A stretch of 63,941 bases of DNA, filler included, from Globobulimina sp. (Eukaryota), in assembly GCA_003354225.1 (NCBI GenBank). It is 11 parts of 11 records of this genome, joined end to end, with 100 filler letters (N's around TTAATTAATTAA, not from the genome) between each part and the next. Parts side by side here need not be neighbours in the genome. Positions count along the whole stretch, not along the records: positions 52,427 to 58,134 come from PIVH01000461.1; positions 58,235 to 63,941 come from PIVH01000462.1; 9 more parts are not named here. The stretch is one strand, 5' to 3'. Below are positions 52,427-63,825 of this stretch, in pieces. The notes under the pieces are model-generated. The model searched no databases, was not told where the DNA came from, and saw nothing but the letters and a program-made list of their open reading frames with translations. Numbering within the stretch: position 1 is the first letter of the stretch; each line of letters starts with the position of its first letter. A program made the position numbers and the translations under genes.

Positions 52427-52900
52427 ATTCGCAGATTTTGCGATCAACGGAGTGTTTTCGGCAGCATTATATATTGGAAATATTACACCACCCGCTTCAG
52501 AAGGAGAGGTTGCTGGAAAGGCTCTGAAATAAATACATATGATATATAAACATCATAAATGTGATCATATATAAGCAAACCCAGGGAATTGGTAATCGGC
52601 AATATACGATGGCACAATCATTGGCCCTTCTTTTGTACCAGAAAACCTTGTTTTATTTTTAAAAACAGATTAAATCTAAAATATAATTAAAATCTGATAT
52701 ACGTATTACGTACCAATTCCTAATTGATATCCACTGGATTTCGGAAATTGTTCTAAAAATGAGGCATGATTAGATGCAAATGGTGGCTTCATATAAGCTA
52801 TGGATGATCCATCCGGTTGCGCTCTGATCAACCCGTCAAATGGAAGAGGAGCTGCAGAAATATAGGAGAAAACGCAAGCAGCTAAAATTAGATGCCACAT
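52427..52900 (-). CDS. Secreted BNR/sialidase-like protein, N-terminal fragment
   Basis: Signal peptide, NHASFL...WFSGTKEG across an intron; probable indel in a G run near 52625. Confidence 0.5.
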
Positions 52901-53031
52901 TATTTCAAAAGTTTTTACTACGGACTAGCAAAGGTGCTCAAGTAAGTGAAGCAACTGTAAATCCAACACAAAGTAATAGCAAAGCTATGACTACGAAGTG
53001 CGCTTTTAACATTTATTAACAATGTATCATT

Positions 53032-53709
53032 TCAATATTGTTCAAACTGAAGCAATTCGACGCAGGTATTTTCTGTATTCATTGCAATCGCCAAGTGATA
53101 GATTTGACCGTCTAACTCCAAATTATCAAATGCTACACCTTGATCTTCTCCATTTATATAATATTTCAAAGATTTTTCGGTTGTGTTGACCTCCATTTTT
53201 ATGGTATCATTTGTTTCAATATTTGCGTTATATTCAGAATACTTTGCACATAGTTTGCTGTTTGAATATTTCGTTTTGTCTGTGCCCCATGAATAGTATG
53301 TGTACGACTCACTGCATTCATCACTGAAATCCTCCTCAATCCATTCCCTATTCGAAGAGTCTATTCCTATGTACATATCTTCATCATTCTGAGCTTCTAC
53401 ATAAAGTATTTTAAAAGTCCAAATATAACGTGTTTGCTCCTTTGATGCATCCACTTCAATGTTTCCATAAACTGTATTTATATCACAGATACTGTTGATG
53501 ACAGTGGCAATATTCTTATCTTCATTCAATTGAATGCCAGGTCCATGTTTTGTAAAATGCTCAAATTGATGATAATAGAAAATACAAATACAAGTCACCA
53601 AATCTGGTACATCCAATGCTAACAACTTTTCTGTCTCATGAATGTATCCAAATACCAAACAGTTTGATGTTTCAGACACAGTTTGCAATTTGTTAAATTC
53701 AAACGACAT
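53032..53709 (-). CDS. B30.2/SPRY-domain protein with an N-terminal FGYIH...VPDLV motif
   Basis: WTFKI, MYIGID, DTIKMEVN, YYINGEDQGVAF. Confidence 0.8.
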   Translation of the reverse strand: MSFEFNKLQTVSETSNCLVFGYIHETEKLLALDVPDLVTCICIFYYHQFEHFTKHGPGIQLNEDKNIATVINSICDINTVYGNIEVDASKEQTRYIWTFKILYVEAQNDEDMYIGIDSSNREWIEEDFSDECSESYTYYSWGTDKTKYSNSKLCAKYSEYNANIETNDTIKMEVNTTEKSLKYYINGEDQGVAFDNLELDGQIYHLAIAMNTENTCVELLQFEQY

Positions 53710-53795
53710 TATTGCTTCACCATAATGTGAAGAAAAAAAACTGTTAAGAGCAAAACTATTCGGATTTCTTTTATAATTATGCTTTGCGTTAATAA

Positions 53796-55271
53796 TCAAG
53801 TTATAGTGGCTCCCAGCCAACCATTTAGCTTATGACAATTGTCAATGTGTCTTTTACCAATCCAACAAGATGCTCTTTTACAGTGCCTACCACCAACTGT
53901 GTAATTTGAACACCATAAATATGTGTCACATTCATTATAATCCGCACAACATGCTTCGCGGCAATGTGATGCACTCAAAGCATGAATGCTATACATTTCA
54001 TCACAGAATATATTCACCAATGTATGTGGAAATCTCGTAATTCCACAATTCTCCGATTTCGCATAAATAATACTCTCATATCCCGGCCATTTTTGATATT
54101 TATTCCCATCATACCATATCGGAACTTGTCGGTTATATTTATATTCCAAATGTACCGACTTATTATGCATTTTTATATTATTCCAATGCACAGCTTCTGC
54201 GACTGACGAAGCACTATGAATGAAATAATCACATTTTGATAATAATAATATATCCAATAAACATTGTTTGCCAGCTTCATATTTTGATATATCCCTTCTC
54301 CCAAACACAGACTTGCGGAATTTAGATCGTATCACATTTTGCTGTTGCGTTATAATGTCAGTGTACGCATATTTGTCAAGGTAACCTTCATGATTCCAAT
54401 ACGTTTCAATGTATCTAAAATAGTTTCGGTCATCGGTAGCAATGAAGACTTTGGGTAGATATCCTAAATTGTCATAATATAGAATAAAATGTATAATATA
54501 CGGCATGTACGCGTCTGGCTCCACTTTGTGTCTTCCTAAACCCCCTTTGTCTGTTCCTCGCATTTGAGCTCCTAAAACGATTACTTTTTTGTCACTGTTT
54601 GCTGCAGTTAGTTTGCTCCATATTTTGTTGGCTTCAGCGATGATTTCCGGCGTTGGATGGATGTATTTAGCAACGATTTGTGATGCTGTTATTCTGTTAT
54701 TATAATACCATGCTTCATTGTATGATGACTGATTGAAAGTGCTTTGTGTGAATACACTGTAATACCAGGCATGAATGGAATTGTTTGTGATGTGATGGAT
54801 GAATGATAAGTTATTGTATGGGAACACAAATGTGTTTGTTAAGTTGGATTGAATTGGTTCGAACCAATAATTGAATGAATTATCTCCAATGGCGGCATCA
54901 AAATAGTTGCTGTTATATTGAGAGTTATATTGAATGGAGATTTGCATGTTTGATAATTGCGCATAAAGGATGAAATTTATTGTGTAGGTAAAGTAATTTG
55001 TAGCATATCCTGCTGCTCCATCTCCGCCATATGCGATCAATGCTGTTTGCTGCTTGTCATTGTAGAGATGTTCATTGATATCAGTAACGTTGCTATTCGT
55101 TGAAATGGATAGATTTGTATCTATGTGTGTTACGCCCAGAGTTAAAGATGATGATGCTACAAAATTGAAATCTTGGAGTTGAATAAATATGATAAACCAT
55201 ATACACAATATTGTTGTGATAATAATTGCTATGATAATTCTGATTGGTGTACATTTTAATCTTTTGCTCAT
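53796..55271 (-). CDS. Type II membrane NodZ/GT23-like fucosyltransferase with a C-terminal Cys-rich domain
   Basis: GAQMRGTDK, VFIATDD, DILLLSKCDYFI...SSV. Confidence 0.75.
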   Translation of the reverse strand: MSKRLKCTPIRIIIAIIITTILCIWFIIFIQLQDFNFVASSSLTLGVTHIDTNLSISTNSNVTDINEHLYNDKQQTALIAYGGDGAAGYATNYFTYTINFILYAQLSNMQISIQYNSQYNSNYFDAAIGDNSFNYWFEPIQSNLTNTFVFPYNNLSFIHHITNNSIHAWYYSVFTQSTFNQSSYNEAWYYNNRITASQIVAKYIHPTPEIIAEANKIWSKLTAANSDKKVIVLGAQMRGTDKGGLGRHKVEPDAYMPYIIHFILYYDNLGYLPKVFIATDDRNYFRYIETYWNHEGYLDKYAYTDIITQQQNVIRSKFRKSVFGRRDISKYEAGKQCLLDILLLSKCDYFIHSASSVAEAVHWNNIKMHNKSVHLEYKYNRQVPIWYDGNKYQKWPGYESIIYAKSENCGITRFPHTLVNIFCDEMYSIHALSASHCREACCADYNECDTYLWCSNYTVGGRHCKRASCWIGKRHIDNCHKLNGWLGATIT

Positions 55272-55338
55272 TGCTAGCTAGTAACTCTTGAAAATCGTAT
55301 TTTATTGACATCGCAACTAAGCGTAGAAGCTTCAACTA

Positions 55339-55823
55339 ATGTGTTGTGTTCATCCATGTAGGGATGGGGTTTGTGGTTTTATAACTCTAGTGATATGGTG
55401 GATATTAGGAGGTAAATGTTGCTCATATTTCTGTAATTTAATACAAATCCATTTATATAAACAAAAAAAGGTGCAATACTTGGTGCCCTATGGTATTTAA
55501 TTGGGTTATTATGTTGCTTCATTCCAGGCATTGGAAAAGCGTGTCGAAATGTTGGATGCTTATGTTTCGATCCAATATCACAAAAAGTTGAATTGGAATT
55601 ATGCGATGGGGTTTGTTGTCTCTGTGAAAATATATGTAACATTGTATGGTTAATATGTATTGGATGGATATTGGCTTTATTCCATTTGCTTTGTGCAATA
55701 TTGAGTTTACCGCTATTATTATGTTGTTTAGAATTTTCGAAAATACATTTAAGATTAGCAAAAGTATCATTATGGCCCGTCGGATTTGATTTAGAAAACG
55801 ATAAAAAACCTCCGTTGCTATAA
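55339..55823 (+). CDS. YccF-like small membrane protein (duplicated domain)
   Basis: IWWILG|GAILGALW and NIVWLICIGWILA...LAKVSLWPVG. Intron 55412-55471. Confidence 0.7.
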
Positions 55824-56046
55824 AATTTATTTGTATACAATATTTGTAAATGAAAATGACAGAAATATTATAGGGAGTTTATAAGAATTTCAGAGTTAAA
55901 CTCACTACTTTTCAACATCACCACTTCCTATCTTTTCTGTCCACTTCTCGCAATGCAAATTAATTCGTTGGTGACAGTTTTTTCTTACATTTCACTTTTA
56001 GACCAAAAACTTTTTCACCACGGTTACAAAGCGCCTATAAATATTC

Positions 56047-56700
56047 ATGGATTTTGGCAAACTCAAATATATTGACAGCAGAACACATCACTTGTTATTT
56101 GGATACATACATACATCAGAAACTGAACTGTCATTACATATGCCAGAATTGATAACATCTGTTTGTATTTTGTATTATTATGTGTTTGAGCATTTTACTG
56201 AACATGGTCCAAATATACAATTAAATAATGATAAGAAAATTGCAACAGTGCTCAGAGCCGATTGTGTAAATACAGTTTATGGAAATTTTAAAATAGTTGA
56301 ATCATTAAATGCAATCTGCAGTTGGAGCTTCAAAATAATTTATATTTCAAAAAATCGATGTATTGGAGATATGTATATTGGAATTGACTCGTCATGCAAA
56401 GGGAATGTTGATGTTGATTTTACTGAAAGTGAAGAGTGCAGATATTTTGCATGGGGGTCAGGTTTTGCGTGGTTTAACCGCGATTTAAAAGATTATGGGT
56501 CACCCATAGACAAAGATGATATTATAAAGATGGAAATAAATACAATTGATAAAACTTTGAAATATTATTTGAATGGATTGGACCAAGGAGTTGCATTTAA
56601 TAATTTATTTTCCAATGATGAGACTATGTATCATATGGCGGTGGCGCTTGACTCTAAAAATACATCTGTACAGTTGCTTGAATTCCAACTGAAGGAATAA
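56047..56700 (+). CDS. SPRY-domain protein, paralog of the gene at 53032
   Basis: LLFGYIH...MPELI, EHFTEHGP, NTVYGN, YYLNGLDQGVAF. Confidence 0.8.
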   Translation: MDFGKLKYIDSRTHHLLFGYIHTSETELSLHMPELITSVCILYYYVFEHFTEHGPNIQLNNDKKIATVLRADCVNTVYGNFKIVESLNAICSWSFKIIYISKNRCIGDMYIGIDSSCKGNVDVDFTESEECRYFAWGSGFAWFNRDLKDYGSPIDKDDIIKMEINTIDKTLKYYLNGLDQGVAFNNLFSNDETMYHMAVALDSKNTSVQLLEFQLKE

Positions 56701-56895
56701 TATTTGTTTTTTTCTCAACCTACAAACGCCCTGCGAATGAATTGATGTGTTCAGGAATTGCTCGGTGAAAATCCAAGCAACGGGTGATGCTATTCATTGT
56801 TATGAGGGATTAATGATATACGGTACAAATAATAGTTAAAAAGAAACAAACTCCGCCTATAAACGACGAGGCGATGTAAAAATAATACAAATAAT

Positions 56896-57792
56896 TTATT
56901 TCTGATCTGTTGAAAAATGAATAACATTCGCAACAATACGCCTCATCTTTCTAGCTGCAATAAATGCGGTGACATTATGATAATCAGTGAGTGTGTTATA
57001 TTCCACAATATCGGCACCAATCAATACATTACTTTTATCGCTGTACAACTGTTTCAGCACAATATCTAAGCCAATGTATAATTCTTTAGTCGCTAAACCC
57101 ATTGGTTCAACGTGAGAAACACTACAAGCAATACTTGCATCCAACACATCCATATCAATCGAAATATAAAACCTCGAAATTCCACACTGTTTACATTTAG
57201 CTAACCATTTGTTTACATTTTCAAAAACCAAATAACTGCTCAATATATAATTGCTGTATTTTATCACCATATTTATCCAAAATGTGCTGTTGTTCGCGTT
57301 CCATGCATCTGACACCAATCTGTAATAATTGATCGATTGTATCTGATTGCAATAAATTGGTAAATGGAGAAGCATGCGAATATTTGCTATATACATCCAA
57401 AGTGTAGATATCTGGGTGGGCATCGAAATGGATTACACCGATTTTATCGTCCTCACCTTTAGAAATATCGATGGATTGTTTATATCCCGATAATACTGAA
57501 TATGTTATGGAATGGTCACCGCCTAAGATTAACATTGGTTTGCTTGTGACATTGCTGATGTTTTTCATCAATTCACAAATATTTTTGTGATTGATTTCGT
57601 TGTCATTGGACGTCTCAAATTACCACAATCAATCAGCGCAGTTTGTGTATCGACATATTTCCCAGAATTACAAAAATAATGTTCCGTTGAGCCATGTGAA
57701 CATAGAAATGCTTTTCGAATAATGTTTGGTGCATATTTACATCCCGCCATGTATGAACTGTTGATATCGTCACAAATCCCGATTAATGGCAT
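56896..57792 (-). CDS. Agmatinase/arginase-family ureohydrolase split by two frameshifts
   Basis: NSSYMAG..AP, GGDHS, FDAHPD, HASPF, SIDMDVLD and ADIVEYN lie in three frames. Shifts at about 57618 and 57223. Confidence 0.85.
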
Positions 57793-58686
57793 TCGACCAA
57801 CTTTGTATACTTTTTATTAATTCTTGGAATTTCCCTCCATCTGCACTTACGCCGGTATTAAATGCTAATAATATGCTTTGCCATCGAATTCCGGTCTCTT
57901 CACTCCGTTTAAATCTCGTGCAAAATCTTCTTTTTTCTCTTCAATTAATTGTTTATTCTCATCTGTGTTACGGTTATTATTGTAGATCCTGTGACTTGAC
58001 GTTAGCAAATCACTCCATTAGACTACTGCCATTTAAGTTCGGAGGTTAAACATTCGAAAAAACTTTTCTGTTTACTACCGAAGGGCTTTAGCTGCAAGCG
58101 TTCTAAAAAGTGATTCTTGTCCCTTTGGAACATCNNNNNNNNNNNNNNNNNNNNNNNNNNNNNNNNNNNNNNNNNNNNTTAATTAATTAANNNNNNNNNN
58201 NNNNNNNNNNNNNNNNNNNNNNNNNNNNNNNNNNCTGGTCTATTGCTTTGTTTTTCTGGATCTGCTATATTCTGGAGTTGGTCAATCATTTTTCTTATTG
58301 TCTTTGCTTTACGACGAAAATCACGAACTTGATTTGAAAGCATTGAATTCAGAAAATGCGGGAACAGATCGTTATTATGGTGATATATTTCAATTGATTT
58401 CATTAATTATTTCTTCATTCACAATTCATGGCATTTTGGTTATTTCATAACACGATCATGGATTATTTATTTTAATTTTTTTTTCAACAGGGGGGGAAAC
58501 AATTTGGTAACTTTTCAATTAAATAATTTAGAACGACACTTGTGTGGGGAAGCACAATTACATACATCCTTTTCACGCGGGTAAATTGCTAAGCAATATA
58601 GGACGATCCGCAATCTTAAGCCCCTCCCCACACACAAACAAAAGAAAAACAAACATATATCTCACTCAATCAACAACATATACTAA

Positions 58687-60280
58687 CTACCTATCATTTT
58701 TTCGAATTGCCATATCAAATCGCTTCGTTTCTTTGACATAATCAAATAATTCTTTTAATACATCGATGCGAAGTCTTAAATATTTTCTTTTTTCCACAAC
58801 ATTCCTATTTATCATTTTGTCCATTAATTCCTTTTGATACGGGAATAATAGCTCCGCCAACAATTCATTCTCATTCTCCTCAAATAACAATTGATATTTC
58901 TCATCGATACTTATAACATTTTCTTTGAATAATCTTCTTTGCGCGCAATACCCATTACATCCGATGATAAAATGCTGTATATCTTCAATGGTCTCAATAC
59001 CATTTGATACTACACAATATTCACAATTTCTTGTCTTGAATCCATATTTCTTCTGCCCATTCAACACTGTATGTCCTGATCTTAACTGTGATACAAATTT
59101 CCATTGCCATCTCCTCAATTCTTTCATTTCTAATTTGTAGGCATCGATATAGATAACATCCCATTCAATCAAATTCTTTATCAAAATATCTTTCTGTTTT
59201 TTCTCGCTTTTTGTTCTCCTCTTTTTGTAATCAGCCCAACTACTCAATGTATTGTAAAAACCCTTTCTTTTATTCTCTTTCTTTATCGCAGTATAACTGT
59301 AGTTATCCCACTCGTTCTTTGTATACATTTTTTCCACTTCATTCCAATCCGATGTCCTATAAATGTTAAACATCCCTGCTTTCGCCATATCGTCTGCTAT
59401 TTCATTGCCAGTCTCGTTGTTGTGCGCCTTTACCCATATAACATGGGCATCGATTCCAAAATCATCCAAATCCTTTATCAAATCGTGTAATCTCTTTACT
59501 TTATCGTAAATAATAACATTTTTTATCTCATATCGACCTGCTATCCAATTTACAACTGTCTCATTATCAATAATGATACAGACGTGACTCGGTACTAATT
59601 CTGGATCCTTTTTATATATTTCATAACAATATCCATATAATCCCTCTATTCCTTTCATAGCGGCGTCTAACTCACAGTGATCGATCGAGCTCCTAAGCCC
59701 TGTCGACGATGCCCCGTAAAAATAGTTACTGTACCCATTATCGTATGGTCCTTCTACCTTTGCATAGTTTCTCTCTCTCAAATCGTCCAAATCTGCTCTA
59801 GTTAGGTAGTAATCCAAATTGCATGACCAAAATCCCGCTCCTCCAAATCCATCCTTATTGGAGCCATCAGAGAACAATAATTGAATCAATTTCTTATTTA
59901 CTTGCTTAATGTCTGTCGGATCGTCATCGTAATAAAACAGCTCTTCTGCCCACTCCTTAACCCATTTTCTATCAAACGATACCTTTTCCCCCTTCTCATC
60001 CTCAATATGATGCGTTAAATTCTTTGGCAATTTCAACGTATCAAAATGGTACGACACCCTCTTTGGGACCGCTCCATACTTCACATTTTTCATAAATTTA
60101 ATATCTGAACTTTTAATATTTGCTGCAGCATCAAATAATTCGTAAAATAAATGGTATCTTTTCTTAATTTTCTCTCGAAATAAATTCTTTTTTTCTGTCT
60201 TTTTATCTCTAAAACTATCGTCAATGCGGTTGCTTTCAATAAAACGCCATTCTTCATTCAAATCGTTTCTATGTAATTCA
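58687..60280 (-). mobile_element. Non-LTR retrotransposon ORF2 3' portion (RNase H plus CCHC zinc knuckle)
   Basis: FSDGS, CELDA, IDN, WVKAH...GNEIADDMAK, QLRSGH, CEYC...EDIQHFIIGC. Confidence 0.85.
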
Positions 60281-61344
60281 TGGGTCAAACAAAAAAAAGT
60301 GAATGGACTGTTCATATAAATAATGAACAAATCGCATCGTTCTGGTTTCTTAAACATCGGAATGATTTCGGGTCATATAAAAAAATACTAACTATATCTT
60401 TATCATATTATATTTCAGAAACAGTATTATTATTAATTATAATGTTATTTTTTCCGCGCGCTATATTGGAACTTATTGATCCACTTTTATTTGTTTTGGA
60501 AATTACAATCCTCACAATTGTATGGTTTAAAATTCCTTCTTTTTATGGTGTATTTGCTATTAAAGAGGAGCAAAAATATGCGTTAATTGTTGGATTGATT
60601 GGATTGATTATAATGATAATTTGGGTGATTGCTATCAACAATATACATTCAATTATTTTACTCGTTTCATTTGAAACTTTTTTCGCTGTTTTATGGGGAA
60701 TTATAGGTTATTTTTCTGTGGGCTATATATTGAGAGATAAATATAAATACTTACTATCTGGATCTGATTTAGATAAATTGGATTCATTTTCAATTCCAGA
60801 GAATGGGGTTAGTCGCTCTCTTAAAAATACATTAAATGATAAGTATTTAGTTGATGAATTTTTTAATCATTTAGGTAATGAATTTTCTGTGGAGTTATTA
60901 TTAGCATTTATTGAGTTTGTTCAATTTAAAACTTTGATGAAAAATGATTCTGTTTTAATGATGGATATTGACGATTTGATAAATGATGAAAATTACATTG
61001 ATGTTGAATATATAATTAATTCAAAGGTTCCATTGAGTGATATTGTTCATACAAAACATGTAAATGTTTCAAATCCGATTCAAAAATATTTATTGATTGC
61101 AAAGGATTTATCACAGAAATATGTTGATAGCAGCTCAGAGTTTGAGATTAATATAAGTTATGAAGCAAGAATGACTATCAATTATGTGTCAAATATCAAT
61201 ATACTAAGCAATCAAGAAAAACAAATGTTATATTCATTATTGGATGTTGCTACAAATACGGTATATCGTTTGATGTCATTCTCTCATAAACGATTTGTCA
61301 CAAAAGATGAAATAAAGAAATATTATGCAAATTTGAAATTATGA
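60280..61344 (+). CDS. 7TM-RGS paralog, 5' truncated
   Basis: W..IN...WF..R..FG motif shared with the gene at 43357; FFNHL..EFSVELLL and FEINISYEAR. Confidence 0.75.
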   Translation: MGQTKKSEWTVHINNEQIASFWFLKHRNDFGSYKKILTISLSYYISETVLLLIIMLFFPRAILELIDPLLFVLEITILTIVWFKIPSFYGVFAIKEEQKYALIVGLIGLIIMIIWVIAINNIHSIILLVSFETFFAVLWGIIGYFSVGYILRDKYKYLLSGSDLDKLDSFSIPENGVSRSLKNTLNDKYLVDEFFNHLGNEFSVELLLAFIEFVQFKTLMKNDSVLMMDIDDLINDENYIDVEYIINSKVPLSDIVHTKHVNVSNPIQKYLLIAKDLSQKYVDSSSEFEINISYEARMTINYVSNINILSNQEKQMLYSLLDVATNTVYRLMSFSHKRFVTKDEIKKYYANLKL

Positions 61345-61640
61345 ATTCAGCAACAAAACATTTTCTGTATATATTAGTCACAAAATAATGAATGTTGTTA
61401 TACGTAAATAAATTTATTATTCAATAAATTTTCATAAAGGGTTACAAACCAAATAAAATTTATAAATTTTTGATACTTACACTTTAATATACTTAAAACA
61501 ACAAAATGCAAAGACACATTCGTCAGAACAGTACACAAAAAACCATTTCCTGAAACCAAAAAAAGGAAAAAATAAACGATAAAGAGAGAATTATAAATAA
61601 TAAAAATATAGTCATGCATTGCAAAACAAAAATATTCCAA

Positions 61641-63344
61641 TTATTGATCGGTTTGTTTTACAGAATATTTTGGAGTCATACTATACGCATAGACATTGTT
61701 TGTTTGTTGATTTTGTTTATCATCAAATAATGAGTGTATATTCGCTTTCTTATCCTCCATATTATCCTCCTCCATATTATAATGATTATCACTTTGAATA
61801 TTACTCCAAATGCCAGTAAAAGTGTGATTGTTAACAGTCAATGACTTGGCATTGCCAACACCATTAAAATTGTTCTTATACTTTGTCATATGTTTTTGCT
61901 TATAATTAGGCGACGATTGCTTCAATACATCCAACCATTGTTTTGGTGGATTAAATGTTTTCGGATTTATCATTTCATTGTCATACTCATAGTCGTTCTT
62001 AATCTCATTCTCATTATTCATGCTTTCATTGTTCTTCTTGTTCAAATTGACCAATGCCGAGTTTTTGTTTAATGTCTTTGATAATAACGACTTACTATCA
62101 AACGTTGATTTGATCCGCAACGATTTGCTTGATTTGACTTTAAAATTTGACGAAGTTAACGGTGATAACAGCACCGGTCGCAACGAATCATTTTTAGAGC
62201 CACTCGCTACGCCACGCGACCTGGTCAATGCATTATTTCTTGTGTTGTTATTTAAATCGTCAGTCTCTGAGTCCTCGAGTATAATATCTTTGCTTTCCGA
62301 CGTGTTATTAGTATACAATTTGGTGGTGGAGGAAGTGCAGAAGGTTGTGGGTGTTTGGGTTAATGAGTGGTCTTCGTCGTGATCGTCAATGTCGAGCGCA
62401 AACATCAATTCTTCTTCCTCTTCTTCGGCATTTGGGTCTAACTCTTCTTCCTCCTCTGAGATGGCGGCAAAACCCATGTTTTCATCCTCAAGGTCTTGCT
62501 CCAACGCCTCCTCATTGTATAGGTTCACATGGTTCATTACCTGGCTATGCGTATGCGTATGTTCTACGATCGTAGCAGAGCCAGAGGGCGATTCGTGAAT
62601 GGATCTAGTTTGCGAGGGAGGGTCCGTGATTTCTGATGAATCCTCTTCTTCTGCCTCTGCTTCCACTTCGTCATTGTCATTGTGTGCATTATGTGTCTCT
62701 GAATATGATTGGAATTGTATAACTTCCCCCATTTCATTCAAGGGCAATTTAATGCAAATATTGTGCATATCATTTGGCTGTATATCATTTGATTGAATAT
62801 GGTCAGTATCCAAATAATTATATACATCTTCATTGTCTATTTTTAGATTTTGTTGCATTAAATGTTTAAAATCTTTTCCTATTTTGTCTATTGAGTTTAT
62901 TTTAAAGTTAAAGGGTTTGTTAATACACTGATTTAAAACAACATATTCCATCTCCAAATTGGAACAAAATGCATTAAATTTGCTTTCTTGCTCTCGTTTG
63001 AATGCTTCAATCCGTTTTTTCATATTATTCTCTTCTTTTTGCTGTAAATTATTGACATAATTTCGCAATGGATCTGGCTGATGATCAACAGTGCGAATTT
63101 GCGATTGATTTGTGTGTTTTTGCGGGATTAAAATATGAAATGAAGACGAATAATTTATATTTTCTTTGATTATGTCTTTATTAAAATTTTGTAATTCAAA
63201 ATTAATGAGACATTTCCCTAAGATATTATTGGTAGAAACAAATAAATCATAGGAACAACAATGACATTTATACAAATATACGGCATGGCCATGTTGGTGA
63301 GATATCAATGTACATCCAATCAGCCATTTGAATTTTATATTCAT
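61641..63344 (-). CDS. Unknown acidic low-complexity protein, probably 5' truncated
   Basis: 567-aa ORF with a coiled coil and E/D-rich tracts. Confidence 0.6.
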   Translation of the reverse strand: MNIKFKWLIGCTLISHQHGHAVYLYKCHCCSYDLFVSTNNILGKCLINFELQNFNKDIIKENINYSSSFHILIPQKHTNQSQIRTVDHQPDPLRNYVNNLQQKEENNMKKRIEAFKREQESKFNAFCSNLEMEYVVLNQCINKPFNFKINSIDKIGKDFKHLMQQNLKIDNEDVYNYLDTDHIQSNDIQPNDMHNICIKLPLNEMGEVIQFQSYSETHNAHNDNDEVEAEAEEEDSSEITDPPSQTRSIHESPSGSATIVEHTHTHSQVMNHVNLYNEEALEQDLEDENMGFAAISEEEEELDPNAEEEEEELMFALDIDDHDEDHSLTQTPTTFCTSSTTKLYTNNTSESKDIILEDSETDDLNNNTRNNALTRSRGVASGSKNDSLRPVLLSPLTSSNFKVKSSKSLRIKSTFDSKSLLSKTLNKNSALVNLNKKNNESMNNENEIKNDYEYDNEMINPKTFNPPKQWLDVLKQSSPNYKQKHMTKYKNNFNGVGNAKSLTVNNHTFTGIWSNIQSDNHYNMEEDNMEDKKANIHSLFDDKQNQQTNNVYAYSMTPKYSVKQTDQ

Positions 63345-63825
63345 TGAAAGAAGAAAGGATCGACAAAATAAAGTTGAATTTATACCATATTCAGATCAGC
63401 ATCAGGCGGTCTATTCGAAGCTAAATAAAGCTTGGATTACAAAATATTGGCAGTTAGAGACGGCAGATATTCAGGCTTTAGAACATCCTAAAGAGCATAT
63501 TCTGGATAAAGGCGGGTATATTTTTTTAGCTAAATACAAAAATGAAATAGTCGGTAGTTGTGCAATGCTAAAAAAGGACGAAAAATGTTATGAACTCGCT
63601 AAAATGGCGGTGTCTAATATCGCGAAAGGCAAGGGCATAGGTATTTTATTAGGCGAGAAAGTTATTGAACAAGCTAAACTGCTTAATGCCAATAAAGTGT
63701 ATCTAGAAAGTAATACGCTGTTGGTACCTGCTATTAATTTATACAAGAAGCTTGGTTTTAAAAGAGTCAGCGGTATTAGTTCTCCTTATGAACGCTGCAA
63801 TATACAAATGGAATTGAAACTATAG
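63345..63825 (+). CDS. Bacterial-type GNAT acetyltransferase, probably the C-terminal half of a MarR-GNAT fusion
   Basis: LNKAWITKY, ILDKGGYI, YELAKMAV...KGKGIG, YLESNTLL.PAINLYKKLGF, PYERCNIQMEL. No ATG or introns. Confidence 0.8.

Noticed and set aside
57793-58134. Possible unrelated coding fragment upstream of the agmatinase
   Set aside because: Short broken frames, possibly another chimeric junction, that cannot be assigned.
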